From positions 320,001 through 384,000 of the forward strand of contig CM000433.1 of the NCBI GenBank assembly GCA_000165345.1: 64,000 nt of DNA. The letters run 5' to 3'. Under the pieces are notes generated by a model. That model was given only the letters and a program-made list of their open reading frames with translations, did no database searches and was not told where the DNA came from. The translations under genes were made by a program, and so were the position numbers. Shown here one piece after another: positions 11,001 to 21,002 of the stretch; positions within the stretch are counted from its first letter, which is position 1, and every line of letters starts with the position of its first letter.

Positions 11001-14000
11001 AAAACAACCGATCTCGAGAAATTTACCTGGAATAACCAAATATCCATATTTCTTAAATTCTTGTATCGAGGTGTTAACTTCAGGAATAATACTACCTACT
11101 AAATTTGTCGAAATTTCTACAGACAATGCTATTTCAATATGCACTCAATCTTTGCGCTCTTCAACACCATGTAAGAGCGAGAAGGCTATTGTATCTGCTA
11201 TTGCTGTGGGGCTTTATTCAGAAATGCAAAATTTCCCTGAAATGGCCAAATTACAAGTAACTGAATTATGCATTTTTGCCTCAAAACTTGCCGAAAGTAA
11301 TACAGAAGACTATTTAGAAACATGCTCTAAATATTTAAGTAATTTTAAGTCATATATTCCAACAATTGAAGACCTAAATGTAAATCTTACTGAAATTCAA
11401 AAGCAAAGAATTTGTACGAAGCCGTTTATGTGGCCCAAATGCAATGTTGATGAAAATTTGGTGCGTGGGGTTCACTCAGTTCAAATAGAAAAGCTCGCTT
11501 CAAAGCTAAAAGCAATATTCAAATCAAATGATATTAATATTTGGAAGTTCGAAAGGTATTGTGTCTTTGCAGAAAAACTCCTGAATGATAATGGCGAAAA
11601 TGATTTTATAAAATGTAATAATTTGCTTAAAGACTTCGAATATATTGAAATAATCAAACAAAGTTCGAATATAGTGGAAAACCCTCTGTTTTTATTTTAC
11701 AAACTTGAAGATAAAACTATTAACAAAGTTTGCAGTATAATCTCTTCTCACTCAAATTGCCTCAATTCCAGAAATGGGCTATCAGGCCTACTTGCATCAA
11801 ACTTTTTTTCTATTTCAACAAAATATTTGGATTTGAATTCAATAAAGAGCTCGGACTTTTGTATAATTTCGGAATTATTACTACAGAGAGGTAGTTTAAA
11901 GGAGATTAAGGAGAGTTGCCCTTATTTGCTGTTACAAATAACTAATTTGGAACACTGGCCTAAAATAATGTTAACACCGGAGCTCAGTCAAGTAATCTGC
12001 GATAGTTTAAGTATTACAAATTTGAATTGCATTATGCCCAACATAAATCAGGGTATTACAATTGAAATTTCGTCTGCTATTAATGATATAGCAATCGAAT
12101 TGTTTTTCATTAGAAAAAAATATGTTCCAAGTTTTAATCCTGAATCGAGCTGCATAATGGCAGAATCATTAATTCAGTTTGGAATAAAAAATGAGTATTT
12201 CAATCGCCTTTGCATAAACTTAATTTCATACGACATTTGGAATTTTTCAGGAAATTTTGACAAAAAATATAGTCAATATTGGAGTATTAGCCGTGAAGAT
12301 CCCATGACTTTCATTAGTTTTATTAAGAGTGAAGCTTCACGATTCTGTGAAGAATTAGAAGGGAGACTTTCAGAAATATATATAAAAAGTCATAATTTTA
12401 TTTCAAAAAAAAAACGTGATAATAAGCTAGACAATAAAATTTACTATCAAAAGGTCCTCAGAAGAACCTTTAATCCATTAAATTTTGGTAAAACTAATGA
12501 ACATGATCTTTCGAATAAACTTACGAAAAAAGAAGAAAGAATCGAACTGAAAAAGAAGTTGAGAATTATTTCTAAAGCTAAAGGGTATGTTGCATTAAAC
12601 GACGAGGCTGTCAAGGAATATTCCCCAGAAATGGTGGATTTTAAGTTAGCAAAGAAGTACTATGCCGACTTCCCTAAAGATATTTACAAATCTATAGATA
12701 ATTCAAATTTTGTATTTAAGATGCCAGAATTTAACTGGAATTTGTTCTCAGAAAAGCTTGTGTTTACTTCAAAGAATTTTCTTGGAATTTCAATAAAGGT
12801 TTCTGATCCAAAATACGGTGGTATTGCAGGGCTAATTCAAAAGTGGGGATATACGCCTCAAGGCACAGTGCAAGGTGCGCAGTATATTTATCGAGTGTCT
12901 AGATATATAAACAAATATATGATAAGCCCAAAAAAAGCATATTTAATTTGGAAAGAGACTCTTATAGCAATGAATTTCGCTATTCTCCCGAAATGGCGTG
13001 ATTCATGGCAAGATGAGATTAGGAAACCAAGTCCATTAGATGAGCAACCTTTGCCTTCATGTGAAGGAGTTAAATCAAGCAAAGTATTAAAACAGTTGGG
13101 AATGGATAAGAAAAAAATAAGTATGGTGGCACTTGCAAATATTGACTCCTTCGTCGCACAGATGACGGAGGCAGCTCATGATTTGAAGTTATATAATGTC
13201 AAATTTAACGATTTTTGCCTTGTCGGGATTATATTGTTTAATACTAAATCTTATTCGAGAACTGAATCTTTTAACTATCAGTGTACTAAATGGGTTAAAG
13301 AAATTGGGTATGTTGAAGAGTATGTTGAAAATGTTAATTTTGCTGAAAATGAGCACAAACTTTCAAAAAAAATCGTAAATCGTCTTAAAAATAATGTTAG
13401 AAAGCAAATACCTGCTATTTTAGCTAGAAAAATATGTGCAAGCACAAGCCGTTGGATGAGTTGTAACAGTGGAGTTGGAATCGATGAAAAACTAAACATT
13501 GATAATCTCGCAACCGAGTTAGTCAGGCTTTCAAGAATTGCTGGACTTGAATTTCGTGATATGTGTGAAGTCGCAATTCAAATCGCTAATGCTCAAGACT
13601 TCAATCAGAAATGTCCAGTCATACTTCAGCAGGTAATTGGTAATTATAATAGGTCATATCAAGTTTGTAAGTCCACTAGTTCTTGGAAATCGTGCCAATA
13701 TTCAAAGGTAGTATTGGATCCAAAGTTAAAAGAACATTTGGATACATTAACAACTGAATTAACAATTGGACTAAATGAAGTTTTCCCAAATATCTTTACT
13801 TTCGAGGAAATATGCTACTTGAGTGAAAAGTTTGTTGCTTCTGAATACTTTAAAACCGATTGTACTAGATCATTATTTGATTTTTTGGTTGCCCAAAGGT
13901 TTATTAAACCAACGTTAAATATTTATGGAGACGTAAAACCTTCAAAGTCCTTTAAGCATATTGTATCAGTTGCGCTTGCAATTTGCTATGACACATTAAG

Positions 14001-15810
14001 GTGGCAACAAGCAACTTGTGTCTTGGAAAGTGAAGGTTATTACTCACTTCATGAAAAGCAATGGGTTGATTTAGTTTCAGAAGAAATATTAAAAGAAATG
14101 ATGGAGTTAAGTAAACTTGATCCACAAATATCCATATTTTTTAAGAATGCAGAAAGGGAGCAGCTTTTGGAGCGTTTTAATCTTGAGAATAATAACAAAT
14201 TTAAAATAAAACTTCCTCCTGTAATCAAGTATCATGATATTTGTAACCATGTGGCCAAAATAACAAAAACAAGATACTTTAATATTAATTGTATCCAAGT
14301 AACCACTGACATTTTTCAAACTCAATTAACAAAGATCAAGCTAGAAAATGAACGTGCTAATAATTTTGAGGAAATTAATTTATATGGAGGTATCATAAAG
14401 GTTCCAAATTCAAGCACAATTGAGGGTATTTGTAAAGGAAGCATTTTTTGGGAAACTTGCTCAAATAAACATTTGCAGCCACTCTTTAAGTTTGATTTGG
14501 AAAATGCAAAAAAAGAGGATGTCGACATTATTGTCAATGACATCATGGTCTCTATTTTACAACTTAATCAAAATGGTTTTGAAAGCTCCGTTGATATTAA
14601 AAAAGAACTGCATGATTTAGACAATATACACAAACTAGCTTCAAAGACGGTTGATTCACTAGACTATCTTGATTTTTGCAAGATTGGGATTTGGTATTCG
14701 AAAGAAATATCAAATTTAGAACAAAAAGAGCACTCTGAGTTACAGAATCTTCTTTCAACAAAGATTCTCTTCCTCATTCTTGAAAGCATGTATCCCAATC
14801 GTAAGCTAGAAAAGGATCAAGTAACCGAAGAATCTGAAAATGAGGAGCTTGGTACACTTGATCAATACATTGAACAATCAATAATCAAACTTCCGACAAC
14901 AGCTCCAAAACTAGTTAAACCACCCAGTTCTATGTTCAGAAATATAACAAGTATTGAGACAGTATTATTACATCAAAGCGATGACTACTCAAGCAATATT
15001 TTCGCGGTGAATCTATCTGGTTTTCCTATGTTTCAAGACTTTTATGTGAAAAGAAATATTTCAACCATTGATAGAGATATCTATGGGAATACTCTATATG
15101 TTAAGCCTAAAGCTGGGCTTATGCTTTCAAGTTATCAACTACCCGATGGATCGCAGAAGCTCTCTAAATACGTAAATTTAGAAAAAGGTAGAAATATAGT
15201 TGAACCTAAGATCAATCAACTCGAAACGGAACGAATATTACACATAATAAAGCAGAACCCAAATAATTTTCATTCTTCAATTCTACCTCATGCTACAAAA
15301 GAAATCATTGGTAAAAAGAAACCAAATCCTTCCGAAAAGAAAATAAAAAAAGAATGGTACAGAAATATTAAAAAAGAGTACTATTACAAGAAAGGAAGAG
15401 AAATTGCAAAGAAAGAATGGGAATCGAGGCAAATTGCGTTTAGTAACAACAATGGAACCGGAGAAATTATATGGGAAACTGAAAAGAAGAAGATTCCAAA
15501 CCTTATCCATGCGTTATTTAACTCTGAATTGAGAAAGCAAAGAAAAGAAGGGAAATTATTTAATAAAGGTTTATATAAGGCAAGAGTTCATCAATTTCTT
15601 CTTGAAAAATTTGATAATGACTTAAAATTGAGAAAAGAAAACGAGAAAACAGGAAAGATTATAATCAAATCAAAATATAAAAACAATATCCATACAAAAA
15701 ATGGCGAAATTAACAACCTTGAAAAAATTTATAGTGAACAAGAAATCAATGTTGTTACAAATATAGCAGCATTAATAGGCTATAACCAAATTGCAGTTGA
15801 TTTGCTTTAG
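8032..15810 (+). CDS. Giant cysteine-rich repeat secreted protein, 2592 aa, with at least 15 copies of the F-[NK]-x-x-C-[VI] ... [IV]-C ... W-x-x-C module and a lysine-rich C-terminal tail
   Basis: Uninterrupted 7.8-kb ORF with ATG at 8032. Signal peptide MLFIRLLLTYSLLFTFLESVIFC. Module examples: FNRECVRELIGSNESNSEYIPMNFAIFICSSSLRWEKC and FNIICVDELSISSKLVLGRSWLPSTKNIIDICRNNPLWITC. The last 230 aa are K-rich. Confidence 0.75.
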   Translation: MLFIRLLLTYSLLFTFLESVIFCQEIDKSRIILESILNELHGLGYSQIKQDNLINPIQEIYNGDLDHFNSFCVNSLLNYYRNSPSEIWVNEQVGQVSIDKIIHNFILVCRELPEWQNVCQNQPSIDSLIATDIHLAALLTMNENHELSNVPIDTFCNLNLNFFNEDHSNYNHLCVEKLISNQVNFEKITFKIRDALTICSMTTFWSKICIKNNSNNYDLPELHLLASSLFFEVSKHDKYLSSSNGLEGLTPIEFCGLSEKMILKGDVLNYFNIICVDELSISSKLVLGRSWLPSTKNIIDICRNNPLWITCDLNLNYKNFDTINSLSDNKESGYISIIDKTSLLATALLQQIHLLPTYMFSSLYYQFADIDNLCYITSIIQNDISLIQNEELSTHSQINFGQFFNSICWRILSTYPITFKTSIGIISQPIKTLEAVSVCSSSVLFWVNDCVTESSEDLIYLPQISILSQELLISSKKYYNLPANTFCIAAKNIISNLNKLNSGLGSSAKRLEDYSISWVLNNISKIDSYAQFNGITSGYFNRECVRELIGSNESNSEYIPMNFAIFICSSSLRWEKCPVKGSIKSKFLTEFVASEFYYGLLAEMDFNFQFNWNDICLISESTIPEEYDNLDSIPNIPYFNHFCSLSFIKNLKLIRKNANISFSENKQYIFTNFIRVCVHNYFWRVPCGEIVELDLLANSLLFGSHQFASMQNISEPQFCKAANNLLDVDPTKFEIECMRELMKIGTQFTSEIAQGACTVTHRSQICHGYPEEYSHIAGTLFSAMYQYFPISEIPSFIEFCEIVHSIFTDNEINDSPYYFNAICARHIHNSNLNASFLTISVLCSHISPNNISNEDYTESLLVSEFFKKSKSINSLRKWELHYFYPLAKQILESIEKDPKDISNFNYKCVAITRSIISTDSFTLKLDDAISLCSGSIAFKIYCKNQNQSIQHLVSEIIQGIMLNYGLDIIEYSEIQSICSAAKLIHDGSVEKQPISRNLPGITKYPYFLNSCIEVLTSGIILPTKFVEISTDNAISICTQSLRSSTPCKSEKAIVSAIAVGLYSEMQNFPEMAKLQVTELCIFASKLAESNTEDYLETCSKYLSNFKSYIPTIEDLNVNLTEIQKQRICTKPFMWPKCNVDENLVRGVHSVQIEKLASKLKAIFKSNDINIWKFERYCVFAEKLLNDNGENDFIKCNNLLKDFEYIEIIKQSSNIVENPLFLFYKLEDKTINKVCSIISSHSNCLNSRNGLSGLLASNFFSISTKYLDLNSIKSSDFCIISELLLQRGSLKEIKESCPYLLLQITNLEHWPKIMLTPELSQVICDSLSITNLNCIMPNINQGITIEISSAINDIAIELFFIRKKYVPSFNPESSCIMAESLIQFGIKNEYFNRLCINLISYDIWNFSGNFDKKYSQYWSISREDPMTFISFIKSEASRFCEELEGRLSEIYIKSHNFISKKKRDNKLDNKIYYQKVLRRTFNPLNFGKTNEHDLSNKLTKKEERIELKKKLRIISKAKGYVALNDEAVKEYSPEMVDFKLAKKYYADFPKDIYKSIDNSNFVFKMPEFNWNLFSEKLVFTSKNFLGISIKVSDPKYGGIAGLIQKWGYTPQGTVQGAQYIYRVSRYINKYMISPKKAYLIWKETLIAMNFAILPKWRDSWQDEIRKPSPLDEQPLPSCEGVKSSKVLKQLGMDKKKISMVALANIDSFVAQMTEAAHDLKLYNVKFNDFCLVGIILFNTKSYSRTESFNYQCTKWVKEIGYVEEYVENVNFAENEHKLSKKIVNRLKNNVRKQIPAILARKICASTSRWMSCNSGVGIDEKLNIDNLATELVRLSRIAGLEFRDMCEVAIQIANAQDFNQKCPVILQQVIGNYNRSYQVCKSTSSWKSCQYSKVVLDPKLKEHLDTLTTELTIGLNEVFPNIFTFEEICYLSEKFVASEYFKTDCTRSLFDFLVAQRFIKPTLNIYGDVKPSKSFKHIVSVALAICYDTLRWQQATCVLESEGYYSLHEKQWVDLVSEEILKEMMELSKLDPQISIFFKNAEREQLLERFNLENNNKFKIKLPPVIKYHDICNHVAKITKTRYFNINCIQVTTDIFQTQLTKIKLENERANNFEEINLYGGIIKVPNSSTIEGICKGSIFWETCSNKHLQPLFKFDLENAKKEDVDIIVNDIMVSILQLNQNGFESSVDIKKELHDLDNIHKLASKTVDSLDYLDFCKIGIWYSKEISNLEQKEHSELQNLLSTKILFLILESMYPNRKLEKDQVTEESENEELGTLDQYIEQSIIKLPTTAPKLVKPPSSMFRNITSIETVLLHQSDDYSSNIFAVNLSGFPMFQDFYVKRNISTIDRDIYGNTLYVKPKAGLMLSSYQLPDGSQKLSKYVNLEKGRNIVEPKINQLETERILHIIKQNPNNFHSSILPHATKEIIGKKKPNPSEKKIKKEWYRNIKKEYYYKKGREIAKKEWESRQIAFSNNNGTGEIIWETEKKKIPNLIHALFNSELRKQRKEGKLFNKGLYKARVHQFLLEKFDNDLKLRKENEKTGKIIIKSKYKNNIHTKNGEINNLEKIYSEQEINVVTNIAALIGYNQIAVDLL

Positions 15811-15826
15811 AATTTAGGAAAATATG

Positions 15827-15835
15827 TTTGGCGGC
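15827..15835. promoter_or_regulatory. TTTGGCGGC E2F-like site 82 nt upstream of the ATG at 15917
   Basis: atatgTTTGGCGGCatttg. Confidence 0.3.
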
Positions 15836-15916
15836 ATTTGATAAGATCTATTTTTTAATATTATTTGTTCACTTTTTTTATCACTAGGTTAAGAGCGACT
15901 TTAACACTACTTTCAT

Positions 15917-16100
15917 ATGGTATCGATTGTTTCTACTGCACAAGCTAGTCTTTTAGATGAAGATGCATATAACAAAAAACTCCGAGTAAATAATCGGGCA
16001 TGTGGAGTTTGGGGAAAGGCGTTTTGCTGCTTAAACTTGAAAGGGAGCGTAATTGCGATCGCAATTATATATGGGTCAGCATATATACTTTCTAATATAG
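15917..16100 (+). CDS. Multi-pass membrane protein, exon 1 (ATG 15917, donor GTAAGA at 16101)
   Basis: This ORF ends in the donor ATAG|GTAAGA. The 48-nt intron 16101..16148 ends in TTTTTTTTAG. The phase joins the frame of the 16196 ORF, which has no ATG of its own because the track start is TTG. Confidence 0.5.
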
Positions 16101-16148
16101 GTAAGATATTCATTCCCATTGAGTAACATGTTTAATTCATTTTTTTAG

Positions 16149-16798
16149 GTATTTTATTACTGGGAACAATAATTCATATTGATAGCAGTAATCTTTTGAA
16201 GTTACTGCCAGTAAAAAACTTATTACTTATCATAAATAACCTTGGGAAGAATTCATTTGGAAATATTGACAACTCCAAATTCCTTTCACAAATATTCGTA
16301 GAAACATATTTACTGAAAATTTTGCTGAAATTTCTTGAAGTTTCTAGTTATACTAATGGAATTATTTTCATTTTTGGAATTCTTGTAGGGATGCTCAACT
16401 GGTTCTGGTTAACCGCTATTCTGCTTATGACGCTATGGATTGAATCTATCAAATCAATTTCTTCGATAATATATATTACATACCTTTTATTATTTATCAT
16501 TGAAAATTGGCTTCCCAAAATAGTTACTACACTTATTTCAGTTATTTTGTTGATAATAACATGTTTATTCTCATACTATTCTATTCAAATAGTTTATTCG
16601 CTGTATCTGGTTCAATTAGCAGGAGGAAGAGGTGATGAATATGTTGCGTACTACAAGCTAAGGAGATTAATCCAAAATTCCAGAATTGATAACTCCAACA
16701 AGTTGTCAAATTCAGTCATGGAGAAAAATTTAATAAGGAATACGGATGAAAATTCATCATTAATTCGAGTTAGTCAAGACTCACACTCGAATGTATAA
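16149..16798 (+). CDS. Multi-pass membrane protein, exon 2. The spliced product is about 277 aa with 4-5 predicted TM helices.
   Basis: Open frame continues from the acceptor at 16148 to the stop at 16798. Hydrophobic helices include ILVGMLNWFWLTAILLMTLWI and LISVILLIITCLFSYYSIQIV. Confidence 0.5.
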
Positions 16799-17034
16799 TA
16801 TTTGTAATCTTTTTTAATAGATTCTATATAAATATATCAGACTTGAAGGAGATTCACGCTAAAATTATCAACAACCGGGTTTATTAATAGTATTATTTAA
16901 TTTATTTTAAATTAAAGTTTCTCTTTTCTAAATTGGTATTAAATACATCCATTAAACAATAAATTATTTCGAATAATTCGTCAGCTATTGTATTTAAGAC
17001 AAATATTGTGTTAAAATTGGAATTTAAATTTTTA

Positions 17035-19249
17035 TTAGAATTTAGCAATTTCATGGATCCTTAATAATTCTTCTAGTTTATGTATTTCTGCTAATTTACT
17101 CTTGATTTCATTTTCAAAATTTCTTATCTTAATTCTACTAACCCTGACATCCTCTTTAAGATTTATGCATCCATTCAAGTATTGTTCTTCAATAGATTTT
17201 AACTCCTCACTTTCTTTGTTCATTTTTTTCTTAATTTCTTCAAGGGAATTTTTTTCATTTTGAAGCATAAATTGAATTTCATCGCTCTTATATCTTGTTA
17301 AAAGTAATTCTCTTGCCTTTTCTGCCAACATAATTTTTCCTTGTAATTCAGATATTAGATTGTTATAATATTCCATATTCTCTTTACTTTCATCTGAATT
17401 GTTTTCACTATTCATCCATCTATCAAGTTCTTTTTTGGCGTATTCGACTTGTGGTTCATAAACTTCTTTAACAGCCTTTATAGTTGCCCAGCAAATTGAA
17501 TCTTTATATTTTGATGGGTTATCTAAAAACTTAACTATTAAATCAATTGGATCACACTCATCAGCATGTTTGTTATTTTCAATGGATTCCTTTTGATTAT
17601 TTATATCTTCAATTCGGATTTGAGCAGAAGCGAATAGCTGTGCCAATTGTGGATCAGACTCTACAATAGGTAAGCTCCCATTCAATTTTTCAAGTGTTCT
17701 TTGACTAAACTCAGTTAATTTATTATTTGGTTGTTTAATGTCAGTGAGCGAGTTTATTAATTTTTTTTGTGGAGAAAATTTAAATTTCTCACTTTTTTCA
17801 AAATTGGTTAAATAATCATTACTTGCTTCAGGATCATCAATAAATGGAATCAATTTTTCAAATGATTTAATACCAATGTTAGAATTTTCTTCAAAACTAT
17901 TATTATATTCTGTTCCTGCCATATTTTTATTATTTTTTATTTCATTCAATGTAAAACTTTGTAAATTGTGATTATTAGAAATATTTGAAATTTCTTCTTT
18001 TACTGGACCATAATCTTTAATACGTGTCGGTTCTTTAGTCATATTTGCATATTCTGATGTGTAAACTTCATCGGATTTATCTTTAATATTTGGGTCATAA
18101 CCATCTGTTTTATGAATGACTTCAATGGGTCTTTCATCAAATCTAGTTGGATCGGTATTATTTGATTCAACGGAAATATATTTATTTATATTTTTTCCAA
18201 AAAATTCTTCATTTTGAATATGGTTTTTCCGATTTGAATCGTTTGACTCTATTTTAGTCTTTTTATGTGACTCTAATTTACTCTCATTTTGATTGTGTTG
18301 TGCATCAACAAATATATTATTTTTTGGTGAAAATGAAATCTCTATATGAATTGTTTTTTTTGATTTCTTTTTCTTTTTTTCTATTTGACTATTTTCATTT
18401 TTCAATTTATTTGACAAAAAAACGAATTTGTCTATATCATTTTTTATACCAGAAATATCAAAGTTCGAAGTCTTCTCATTATTTGTTTTATTTATTGTAT
18501 CAAAGTCTAATTCATGACATGTATTGGGGGTGTTGTCAATATATTTTTCTAGTATGGAATTTCCATATTCAAATTCATTTTCATTTTCGATTGAATAGCT
18601 CTCGAGTTCTTTTTGAGATTGATCACTTTTGGTAGTATGTGTAGATTTCTGGTCTTCAAGCTCAATGTATTTTATTTTTTCATCAGAGTCTTTAAAAAAT
18701 TCTGAGTAATTATTTATTTCCTCAATTACACTAATTTTCTTTTCTTCAAAATTACTATCTTGAGGAATTCTTTTTTCAACAAAACTTTTATCGGAATTAT
18801 TCTGATTTAAGTTCCCATCTGTAGTTAGAATAGGTGGTTCTGTGTAATTCAAACTATTTGGTTTGGGTGTGGCCACTATTGATGTAACTAGCTTAATTGG
18901 TGAATTACAGTTTGAAAACATAATATTTGAAGATGCTTCGGCAATTGCAGAACCAGTTGGAGTATTTAATAAATTGGAAACTTTTGTCTCAACAAATGTA
19001 ATTGGAGTAATATTGAAATACTGACCTGGATCATATTTTGTTCTATATATAGAATTGTTCTTGGAATTAAATCCTTGATAAGTTTGATTTTTATTCATTC
19101 TATTATTAAAAACTAACAACTCTATTTGGCTATTGTAACCTTCATTGAGATCAATTGGCTTTGGAACTTTGTTAATTAAGTCACAATCTTCATTACGCTC
19201 ATCATTTGATCCATCTTGTAAATTATTTCCCATACAACATTTAAAAGGC
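17035..19249 (-). CDS. Hypothetical Asn/Lys-rich protein with a C-terminal coiled-coil region. The track start at 19266 is TTG; the first ATG is at 19249.
   Basis: Long minus-strand ORF. The C-terminal 200 aa are heptad-like (ELKSIEEQYLNGCINLKEDVRVSRIKIRNFENEIKSKLAEIHKLEELLRIHEIAKF). Confidence 0.5.
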
Positions 19250-19709
19250 ATATTAATATGGCACAATATGAATAATAAGTTTAAAACCTAAATTGATCGG
19301 ATTAATTGATGCAAAATTCAAATAATAAATTTTTTATGTTGATTATTTTTAATGAAGAAAATATACAAAGGTATGTTTTGTCAAATCTTTACAAAAGAAA
19401 AAATTTTTCATTTAATTTGATAAATTCCTATCCTCTTTTTTTAAAATATGGATTGCATAATAAATATTGATTATTCTAATATAATAAGAGCTATTATAGT
19501 TCAAGGCTAGATTGCAGCAAAAAATTGTTATTTTCTGTAAATTCTGAAAGTTGGGACTAAGTTCATAAATTTGAAAATAGATTAATATGAATTAGTTAAT
19601 GCTAGAATCCGCTTTAGGATTAAACTTTTTTCTCTTTCACATTATACAGAAATAGAAGTATTTTTTCAAAATAAAGATGAATAGAAACATTAAATGCTTG
19701 ATGAATCAA

Positions 19710-20045
19710 CTATGCCTGGAGCAGGGGTATTTCAATTATTTTTTTTTTAATTTCATTTTCATTTGTAAGACTCATTTTGATTTCAGAAGTAGAATTGTTA
19801 TTCGTCGTATTATAGGAATTGATTTCTAAATCTGAGCTATTTCTGTGCTCTAATACATTTTTTTCCAAATCCTTAGGATTTTTAAAGTTAGTGAGCGTAT
19901 GCTTACTAACATACCCAAGCATTCCTTTAGTCAATTCCTCTGAAGCTGTATTGTTGATTGAATTAAGAGTGCTATTCAGGCTAGACTGTTTAAGCCCTTG
20001 TTCAATAGTATGAATGTTACCTGAAATTTCTAAATTTAACTTCAT
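19710..20045 (-). CDS. Small ORF, 111 aa, uncertain. It sits in an unusually long 1.7-kb interval with no other gene.
   Basis: ATG-to-stop ORF with no domain and low-complexity S/N/T-rich composition. It is the only ORF in 19267..21002. Confidence 0.25.
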   Translation of the reverse strand: MKLNLEISGNIHTIEQGLKQSSLNSTLNSINNTASEELTKGMLGYVSKHTLTNFKNPKDLEKNVLEHRNSSDLEINSYNTTNNNSTSEIKMSLTNENEIKKKIIEIPLLQA

Positions 20046-21002
20046 ATTGCCATATATGATTGTAAGATATGGAACTTACTAATTAACAAGTTTTTCAATT
20101 CAGCCTGGCCTCCCGCATTTGAAGTACCATTAGTAATTTCTGGCAGAGTGTTAGCTATTTTTTTGAGTTATTAATTATATCAGTAGAAATAAGCAGTATC
20201 TCTATAACTTACCATAATTTTCTGGTTTGATTGATTGCGCTATTGAAAAAAGGAAATATATAACTAATTTAATAAGGCTCATGTTAAACTTGTAAAGAAT
20301 GAGTTGCACTTTCTTGAAAATATAGCAGACCATACGTAACTGCATGTAAATTGGCGAATCATTATTTATTATATGAAATTTATTACAAAAATAAAATTAA
20401 ATATTAACATTCAAATTTAAGATATAAATTGAGTATTTATCTAGAAAAAAAAGCGAGGTTTTCAAAATAAAATTCGATTATATTTTTTAAATAATTATTC
20501 AAGAGAGTTTTAAATAGTAACTTTGAGTTAGGTTCTTTCAAAATTATATTCCCAATGTTGGAAATACAAAAGAATGGTCAATAAAATCATTTCTAATTGT
20601 TATTTGCCCTACAAAAATGTGTTTGTTGAGGTTTTATTTCGACCCTTATCCTTACAAAAAATTATCAAATAAATCTATATCCTGCTAATGAAAATTTCGA
20701 AAAACCTTGAATTTTTAACACAAATTTACTCATTTAGCAGTGGTTTTAAATCAAATTTCTATTTTTATTTACTAATTTCTTAAATCAAGGAGAGCGCACA
20801 AGAAAAAAAATGCTGTATAAATGGAAATGGGTTCAAATAATGTTTAAAGTAATAAAAATATATAAAACATACAATAATTAATAGATATTTTTGATTTTCA
20901 TGAATATTACTTGTTTATGAAAACAAAAATTTAATATTGCGTCTTAAAATAAACTAAAAATTATTTAGAAAAAAATTTATATCTTTCTAAATAAAAGGTC
21001 TA

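Noticed and set aside
15760-15810. C-terminal VVTNIAALIGYNQIAVDLL of the giant protein as a GPI-anchor signal
   Set aside because: The hydrophobic stretch is short and weak and has no clear omega-site context. I mention it only as a possibility under the basic-tail finding.
20040-20215. Minus-strand ATG immediately followed by GTAAGT (about 20212) and a second GTAAGT about 130 nt further on (about 20080), which could be an initiator-codon micro-exon extending the 111-aa ORF
   Set aside because: With plausible 50-58-nt introns the exon phases do not connect: the candidate exon 2 contains an in-frame TGA, and its phase mismatches the 19710-20045 ORF. I left it unannotated.
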